Shown here piece by piece: positions 18,019 to 23,103 of a stretch of 23,103 nucleotides of DNA. The position numbers were made by a program, and so were the translations under genes. Within the stretch, counting starts at the first letter, position 1. Every line of letters begins with the position of its first letter. The notes under the pieces are model-generated. The model did no database searches, was not told where the DNA came from, and saw only the letters and a program-made list of their open reading frames with translations. The stretch lies in assembly GCA_038279365.1 (NCBI GenBank), contig JAYODI010000050.1, positions 7,829-30,931 of the forward strand, read 5' to 3'. This DNA is from Candidatus Latescibacterota bacterium (GTDB taxonomy: Bacteria; Latescibacterota; UBA2968).

Positions 18019-18780
18019 ATGCTCGCCCTACAACGCCACCGCCAAATCTTGGACCAGCTCAACCAAGACAACAGTGTGCGTGTCACCACATTGGCCAAAG
18101 CCTTTCAAGTCACAGAAGAAACCATTCGCCGAGACTTAGAGAAATTAGAAACCGATGGCAAGCTCTTGCGCTCGCATGGTGGGGCCGTACGCATTGAAAA
18201 CGATCACCGTGACATTCCCTTTTTACAACGCAAAATCACACGCATCAAAGAAAAAACCGCCATTGCCAAAAGAGCCCTTCAAGAAATTGTCGAAACCGAT
18301 GTCATCGCCTTAGATGCCAGCACCTCAGCCTATCAAATGGCGCGCCTCATGCCCGACATGGCCATTCACATTGTCACCAACTCACTCCCCATCATTACCG
18401 AACTCGAAAAGCGCACCCATGTCAAAGTCATCGCCACTGGTGGTATGATTGATCACAACACACAATCACTAACAGGCCCTCTGGTCGACTTGGCACTCGA
18501 AACCTATCACATCAACAAATTCTTCTTTTCGTGTCGAGGCATCGACTTCAAACGCGGTTTGAGCGAAGCGTGGGAAGAAAATGCACGTTATAAACAAAAA
18601 CTGCTCACCCTTGCCGACCAATCGTATCTCTTGGCCGACACCAGCAAATTGGATGTGCGCTCAAAAATCTTCTTTGCCCAAATCAAAGACATTGATGTTC
18701 TCTTTACCGACACACACATCACCGAAGACCAATTAGGGCAATTGCAACAGGTAGAAACCATCACCTGCTCCAGTACATAA
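18019..18780 (+). CDS. rhaR: DeoR/GlpR family regulator, probable rhamnose repressor (RhaR/YulB type)
   Basis: HTH VTEETIRRDLEKLE, RSHGGA, EKTAIA, LDASTS, VTNSL, LADTSK. Divergent from rhaEW. GGAG RBS before ATG 18019. Confidence 0.85.
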   Translation: MLALQRHRQILDQLNQDNSVRVTTLAKAFQVTEETIRRDLEKLETDGKLLRSHGGAVRIENDHRDIPFLQRKITRIKEKTAIAKRALQEIVETDVIALDASTSAYQMARLMPDMAIHIVTNSLPIITELEKRTHVKVIATGGMIDHNTQSLTGPLVDLALETYHINKFFFSCRGIDFKRGLSEAWEENARYKQKLLTLADQSYLLADTSKLDVRSKIFFAQIKDIDVLFTDTHITEDQLGQLQQVETITCSST

Positions 18781-18805
18781 AAAAAGAGCGACATCGCTGC
18801 CGCTC
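18779..18805 (-). terminator. Terminator of the minus-strand SGNH gene
   Basis: Minus strand GAGCGGCA-GCGA-TGTCGCTC-TTTTTTT (GNRA loop, one G-U pair). Confidence 0.7.
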
Positions 18806-18831
18806 CCTTGATGTTCAACTGTTCATGCGAA

Positions 18832-19476
18832 CTATGCGTGCAAAGCGTCCATCACAGCTTGGGCAATAATCAAATGCCCTGTTCGATTTGGATGCACGGG
18901 TTCTGGGCAAAAAGTTTCCGCATCGCGATATTTCAAATGCTCCTGAAACAAATCGTGCAAACGCACCAACTTGGTACCATACTTTTCGCTCATCTTTTCA
19001 ACCACAGAAATATATTCGGGCAACAATTCCAACACCGTGCTTCGAAATGTTTGCCCAGACGTATCGGTTGAAATATAAAACGGCGTAATCAACACCACCG
19101 GACATCCCAGTTCTTTTTGGGTTGTCGCTAAAATCGAATCATACAATTCTTCAAACAAGTCTGGCGGCACAGCATCATCGGCCTTGCGCAACACACTGTG
19201 TAAATCATTAATCCCAATCTTAATCGACAACTTATCGGGCTTGTGATAAATCACATCATCGCGCCAACGCTCATGCAAGTGCGAAACGCGATTGCCACCA
19301 ATACCTTTATTGATATACCGAATATTGCGGTTGGGATATTGCGCCGTTGCAAGCTCTGTAAATGTGCGCACATACCCAATGCCCAAAGGTGCTTCTGCAC
19401 CTCGCCGACCACAATCGGTAATGCTGTCGCCAATAAACAACATCGTTTCACCATCTTCTATCCAAAAATCACTCAT
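18832..19476 (-). CDS. SGNH/GDSL hydrolase
   Basis: FIGDSITD, NKGIGGN, IGINDL, EPVHPN. GGAGG RBS before ATG 19476. Confidence 0.88.
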   Translation of the reverse strand: MSDFWIEDGETMLFIGDSITDCGRRGAEAPLGIGYVRTFTELATAQYPNRNIRYINKGIGGNRVSHLHERWRDDVIYHKPDKLSIKIGINDLHSVLRKADDAVPPDLFEELYDSILATTQKELGCPVVLITPFYISTDTSGQTFRSTVLELLPEYISVVEKMSEKYGTKLVRLHDLFQEHLKYRDAETFCPEPVHPNRTGHLIIAQAVMDALHA

Positions 19477-19722
19477 CGACCAACCTCCCATTTTGGTTAC
19501 CTTTATGAAATTGCGCGATCAAGATAGTCAAACGTAAACCAAATCGCCACAGTTATTCCATCGCACATCTTTAACATTGTCTTTTACCTTGACATCCATC
19601 CAGCTTCGGCTTTTTTTGAGAGCAATCATTCATCAGAAGCTATGCGGTTTGTTTTTGATTTTTACCAAAGGCAGACCGCTCAAAGCTGACCGCTACCAAC
19701 TCACAGCCCTTGAGGACGTACA

Positions 19723-21012
19723 ATGAGTTACGAATCCAAACTAACCGACGCACAAATTGAAGCCAACTTCAAACAAGCCGCCGAACAATATGCCGCATTT
19801 GGCGTAGACATTGAAAAAGCCGTTAACAAAGCCCTCGAAATCCCAATCTCACTCCACTGCTGGCAAGCCGATGATGTGGGTGGTTTTGAAGTAAAAGACT
19901 CGGCCGTTGAAGGCGGTGGCATTATGGCCACAGGCAATTACCCAGGCCGTGCCCGCAGCGGTGACGAACTGCGCCAAGACATCAACAAAGTGGTTGAGCT
20001 TTTGCCTGGGCCACATCGCCTCAACCTCCACGCTTTTTATTGCGAAACAGATGGCGAAGTGGTCGACCGCGACGCCTTAGAGCCCAAACACTTTGCAAAA
20101 TGGATCGACTGGGCCAAAACCAACAACATTGGCATCGACTTTAATCCCACCTACTTTGCCCATGCCAAAGCCAACGATGGTTTTACCTTAAGCCACTCAG
20201 ACAAAGCCATTCGTGAGTTTTGGATTCAGCACGGCATTGCGAGTCGCAAAATTTCTGAAGCCATCAGCAAAGAACTCGGTGGCGAAGTGGTCAACAACCA
20301 CTGGGTACCCGATGGTGCCAAAGATCACCCTGCCGACCGTTGGTCACCTCGCGAACGCTTGGTCGAATCATTTGACGCCGTTTTTGACGAAAAATTGGGC
20401 ATTGGCCCCGAATGTGTCGACGCCGTTGAAGGCAAACTCTTTGGTTTAGGCATGGAAGACTACACCGTCGGCTCCAATGACTTTTATGCCAACTATGCCA
20501 TCAGCCGCAACAAACTCCTCTGCCTCGACATGGGACACTTTCACCCCACCGAATCCATTGCCGACAAAATTTCGGCGCACTTGGCCTTTCACAAAAAGCT
20601 CCTCATTCACACCAGCCGCCCCATTCGCTGGGATTCGGATCATGTGGTGGTCTTAAGTGACGATGTGCGCAATGTCTTTCTCGAACTGGCCCGCCACAAC
20701 GCCATTGACCGCATGTATCTCGCACTCGACTTCTTCGACGCCAGCATCAACCGCATTGGCGCATACGTCATTGGTACACGCGCCACCCGCAAAGCCTTGC
20801 TCTATGGCCTCGTGGATCCATCCGATTATTTGCAAAAACTCGAATGCGAAGGCAAACTGGCCCAAAAGCTCGGCCTCATGGAAGACATGAAAACCATGCC
20901 CTTCTCAGCCGTATGGGATATGTGCTGCCTCAAAGCAGGCACACCCGTAGGTGCATCTTGGATTGCCGAAATTGAAGCCTATGAGAAAAACGTATTATCA
21001 AAACGAAGTTAA
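19723..21012 (+). CDS. rhaA: L-rhamnose isomerase
   Basis: SLHCWQADDV, TGNYPGRAR, DFNPTYF, DAVEGKLFG, GHFHPTE, RWDSDHVV, LDFFDASINRI. Confidence 0.95.
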   Translation: MSYESKLTDAQIEANFKQAAEQYAAFGVDIEKAVNKALEIPISLHCWQADDVGGFEVKDSAVEGGGIMATGNYPGRARSGDELRQDINKVVELLPGPHRLNLHAFYCETDGEVVDRDALEPKHFAKWIDWAKTNNIGIDFNPTYFAHAKANDGFTLSHSDKAIREFWIQHGIASRKISEAISKELGGEVVNNHWVPDGAKDHPADRWSPRERLVESFDAVFDEKLGIGPECVDAVEGKLFGLGMEDYTVGSNDFYANYAISRNKLLCLDMGHFHPTESIADKISAHLAFHKKLLIHTSRPIRWDSDHVVVLSDDVRNVFLELARHNAIDRMYLALDFFDASINRIGAYVIGTRATRKALLYGLVDPSDYLQKLECEGKLAQKLGLMEDMKTMPFSAVWDMCCLKAGTPVGASWIAEIEAYEKNVLSKRS

Positions 21013-21032
21013 TAAATATCACAGGGTCAGTT

Positions 21033-21064
21033 AAAAAGCCACCTCTTACAGAGGTGGCTTTTTT
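21033..21064 (+). terminator. Rho-independent terminator after rhaA
   Basis: AAAAAGCCACCTCT-TAC-AGAGGTGGCTTTTTT. Confidence 0.87.
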
Positions 21065-21070
21065 GCTTAT

Positions 21071-21131
21071 TTGACAATTTTTTGTTTTGATGTAAATTTT
21101 ATGACCATAGTCATATACACATGGTCATAAA
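21071..21131 (+). promoter_or_regulatory. TA promoter and autoregulatory operator
   Basis: TTGACA (21071), 16 bp, TAAATT (21093). Inverted repeat TTTATGACCAT (21098-21108) / ATGGTCATAAA (21121-21131). Confidence 0.7.
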
Positions 21132-21142
21132 TGGAGATAAAC

Positions 21143-21370
21143 ATGAAAACCATACCCGCAGGACAATTTAAAACACATTGCCTAGCATTATTAGATGAAG
21201 TGTCTCAAAACCACGAAACCCTCATCGTTACCAAATATGGCAAGCCAGTAGCACGCATCTTACCCATTGACACAAAAAATGATCAAGACGAGAATCCTTT
21301 AAAAAACAGCATCGTATTTGAAAAAAATATTATCGATCCTATTGAAGATGTTTGGGAGGCAACATTGTGA
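21143..21370 (+). CDS. Type II antitoxin, Phd/YefM family
   Basis: MKTIPAGQFKTHCLALLDEV...LIVTKYGKPVARILP. GGAG RBS. Confidence 0.9.
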   Translation: MKTIPAGQFKTHCLALLDEVSQNHETLIVTKYGKPVARILPIDTKNDQDENPLKNSIVFEKNIIDPIEDVWEATL

Positions 21371-21753
21371 TTCTGTTAGATACACATGCTTGGTTGTGGT
21401 GGGCAACAGAATCCGACAATCTTTCACCAAATGCCAAAAAAGCCATTGAAAATTCTCCTGATATTGGCGTTAGCATCCTCTCTTGCTGGGAAATTGCAAT
21501 GCTTGTATCTAAAGAACGCATTGGTTTAAACTTAGATGTAAAAGCTTGGATTGACCTCGCTCTCCAACGCCCAAAAATCAGACTCATTCAATTAAACCCA
21601 GAAATTGTTGTTTTATCCACGCGCCTTCCCGGAAATTTTCACGCAGATCCAACAGATCGTATGCTTGTAGCAACCTGCCTTTCTATGGGTATTCCAATTG
21701 TCAGCAAAGATCATCAAATAACAGACTGGAACCACATTTCTGTTATTTGGTGA
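21367..21753 (+). CDS. vapC: Type II toxin, VapC/PIN-domain ribonuclease
   Basis: ILLDTHAWLWW, SCWEIAML, HADPTDRMLVA, IVSKD. The GTG start overlaps the antitoxin stop (GTGA). Confidence 0.9.
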   Translation: MILLDTHAWLWWATESDNLSPNAKKAIENSPDIGVSILSCWEIAMLVSKERIGLNLDVKAWIDLALQRPKIRLIQLNPEIVVLSTRLPGNFHADPTDRMLVATCLSMGIPIVSKDHQITDWNHISVIW

Positions 21754-21782
21754 ATGATCGTTTATCAAATATAATGATTCAA

Positions 21783-21818
21783 AAAACCAACTCAGAAATT
21801 GAGTTGGTTTTCTTTTTT
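21783..21818 (+). terminator. Terminator after the TA module
   Basis: AAAACCAACTCA-GAAAT-TGAGTTGGTTTT-CTTTTTT. Confidence 0.8.
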
Positions 21819-21829
21819 GATCAAATAAC

Positions 21830-21872
21830 TTGACATCTGCATTCCAATCTGTATATATTGCATACATACAGA
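21830..21872 (+). promoter_or_regulatory. Promoter with overlapping YtrA-type operator
   Basis: TTGACA (21830-21835) with TATATA/TATATT at 16/18 bp. Palindrome TCTGTA-N13-TACAGA (21848-21872). Confidence 0.72.
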
Positions 21873-21923
21873 ATACACAACTTCTTTAGCTTATCAATTT
21901 ACCGGATATACACCGAATACCTT

Positions 21924-22307
21924 ATGCTCCTAAACCTCACAGAACACTCTGATGAACCCTTACAGGGCCAAATTGCGCGCCAAATTCGCGCCAAAATTCT
22001 CGCAGGAGACTTACCCGAAGGAGAAGCCTTGCCATCCATTCGCGCCTTGGCCAGCGAACAACGCGTGAGTGTGATTACAGTACAACGCGCCTACGAACGC
22101 CTTGAGCGCGATGGCCTCATTCAGTCGCGCCAACGACGCGGTTTCTTTGTGGCCCCCATATCTGACGCATCCAAAAAGAAACGCGCAGAGCAACACCTTC
22201 AAGAGCAAATCGAACCCTTTATTCGCAACGCCCTCGCCGAAGGTTTAACCGCACAAGATATTGCCCAAATTGTTGAGCAATTGCTTGCAACCAAAAAAAC
22301 GCATTGA
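21924..22307 (+). CDS. GntR family regulator, YtrA subfamily
   Basis: 127 aa. PLQGQIARQIRAKILAGDLPEGEALPSIRALA...VITVQRAYERLE...RGFFV, followed by a short helical C-terminus. Sits upstream of an ABC ATPase. Confidence 0.9.
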   Translation: MLLNLTEHSDEPLQGQIARQIRAKILAGDLPEGEALPSIRALASEQRVSVITVQRAYERLERDGLIQSRQRRGFFVAPISDASKKKRAEQHLQEQIEPFIRNALAEGLTAQDIAQIVEQLLATKKTH

Positions 22308-22335
22308 CCCAATTATTTCACACCAAGGAGAAAAC

Positions 22336-22767
22336 ATGAAAAAAACAATCGCAGTTATCATGATCGGCCTCAGTATTCTCATAGGCTCCGCACAAGCCCA
22401 AGAAGAAACAAAGCTCAAACTCGCAGACAAACTTCTCATCGTGATGGAAATGCAAAAAACCATCGAACAATCATTTGGTGCCGCTACCCAAATGATGCCC
22501 AACCAGGCCAATATGCCCCCAGAAGCCCAAGAAGTCATGAACATGATCATCAAAGAACTCAGTTGGGAAAACATCAAAGCGGACTATATCGAACTCTATG
22601 CAGAAGTTTTTACCGAAGACGAACTCAAGGGCCTCATCAACTTTTACGAATCACCTATTGGCAAAGCGTATATCAAAAAACAACCCGAACTCACCCAAAA
22701 GTCTATGATGCTCTCTCAAAAAATGATGATGAAAGTCATGCCCAAACTCCCTGGCATGGGCCGATAA
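22336..22767 (+). CDS. Secreted DUF2059-like protein
   Basis: Signal peptide (MKKTIAVIMIGLSILIGSAQA) and motif YAEVFTEDELKGLINFYESPIGK. AAGGAG RBS. Confidence 0.8.
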   Translation: MKKTIAVIMIGLSILIGSAQAQEETKLKLADKLLIVMEMQKTIEQSFGAATQMMPNQANMPPEAQEVMNMIIKELSWENIKADYIELYAEVFTEDELKGLINFYESPIGKAYIKKQPELTQKSMMLSQKMMMKVMPKLPGMGR

Positions 22768-22777
22768 GGAGGGTTTC

Positions 22778-23103
22778 ATGAACGCATTTGAACTGAACAA
22801 CCTCACCAAAGTATTTCCAGACTTCACACTCGGGCCACTCAACCTCAATCTTGAACCCGGCATAGTGCTCGGCTACATTGGCCCCAATGGCGCAGGCAAA
22901 TCCACCACCATGCACTGCATGATGGGCCTGTTGCGCTCCGATTCGGGTTCCGTCACCATCTTCGGCAAACCCAACGACCTCAACAAACCTGAGTGGAAAC
23001 ACGACGTCGGTTATGTGGGCGACGAAAACCCATTTTATGAAAATTGGTCATGCGCTAAAAATCTTACATTCTTACGACATTTTTATCCCGCATGGTCAGA
23101 TGA
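22778..23103 (+). CDS. ABC-2 type transporter ATP-binding protein (3'-truncated by window edge)
   Basis: Not in the ORF track. After an AGGAGG RBS the frame reads MNAFELNNLTKVFPDFTLGPLNLNLEPGIVLGYIGPNGAGKSTT (Walker A) and stays open to the window end. Confidence 0.92.
   Translation, partial: MNAFELNNLTKVFPDFTLGPLNLNLEPGIVLGYIGPNGAGKSTTMHCMMGLLRSDSGSVTIFGKPNDLNKPEWKHDVGYVGDENPFYENWSCAKNLTFLRHFYPAWSD

Noticed and set aside
19589-19617. TTGACA upstream of rhaA as a promoter
   Set aside because: The -35 is perfect, but the position 17 bp downstream reads TTTTTT, so there is no credible -10.
19672-19706. Short direct repeat GACCGCT x2 upstream of rhaA
   Set aside because: Only two 7-bp copies, too little to call a repeat element or operator.
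1-23103. CRISPR array, tRNA/rRNA, IS element, prophage or retron
   Set aside because: No regularly spaced repeats or cloverleaf found, and no transposase, integrase, reverse transcriptase or phage genes recognised.

Overview
Bacterial genomic window with 23 protein-coding genes, two of them truncated by the window edges. It is dominated by a loosely organised L-rhamnose / rhamnogalacturonan / sulfated-glycan catabolic region: an AraA/FucI-like isomerase, rhaM, rhaEW, a DeoR-type rhaR, rhaA, a PL22-like lyase, two SGNH esterases, GH43, two Cys-type sulfatases, a TIM-barrel sugar isomerase and a one-cysteine racemase-fold protein. Interspersed genes are tex, a methyltransferase, a cupin, a PLP aminotransferase and a secreted tandem-cohesin/dockerin-like protein. 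The window ends with a Phd-VapC toxin-antitoxin cassette and a YtrA-type GntR / DUF2059 / ABC-ATPase operon. The strongest unexplained signal is a ~110-nt imperfect rod-like hairpin at 15520-15631, between two convergent genes. It has a well-spaced sigma70-type promoter upstream and a T-run downstream, making it a candidate independently transcribed ncRNA that I cannot assign to a known family. I saw no rRNA, tRNA, CRISPR array or transposase. All family calls come from motif recognition by eye, not database searches.
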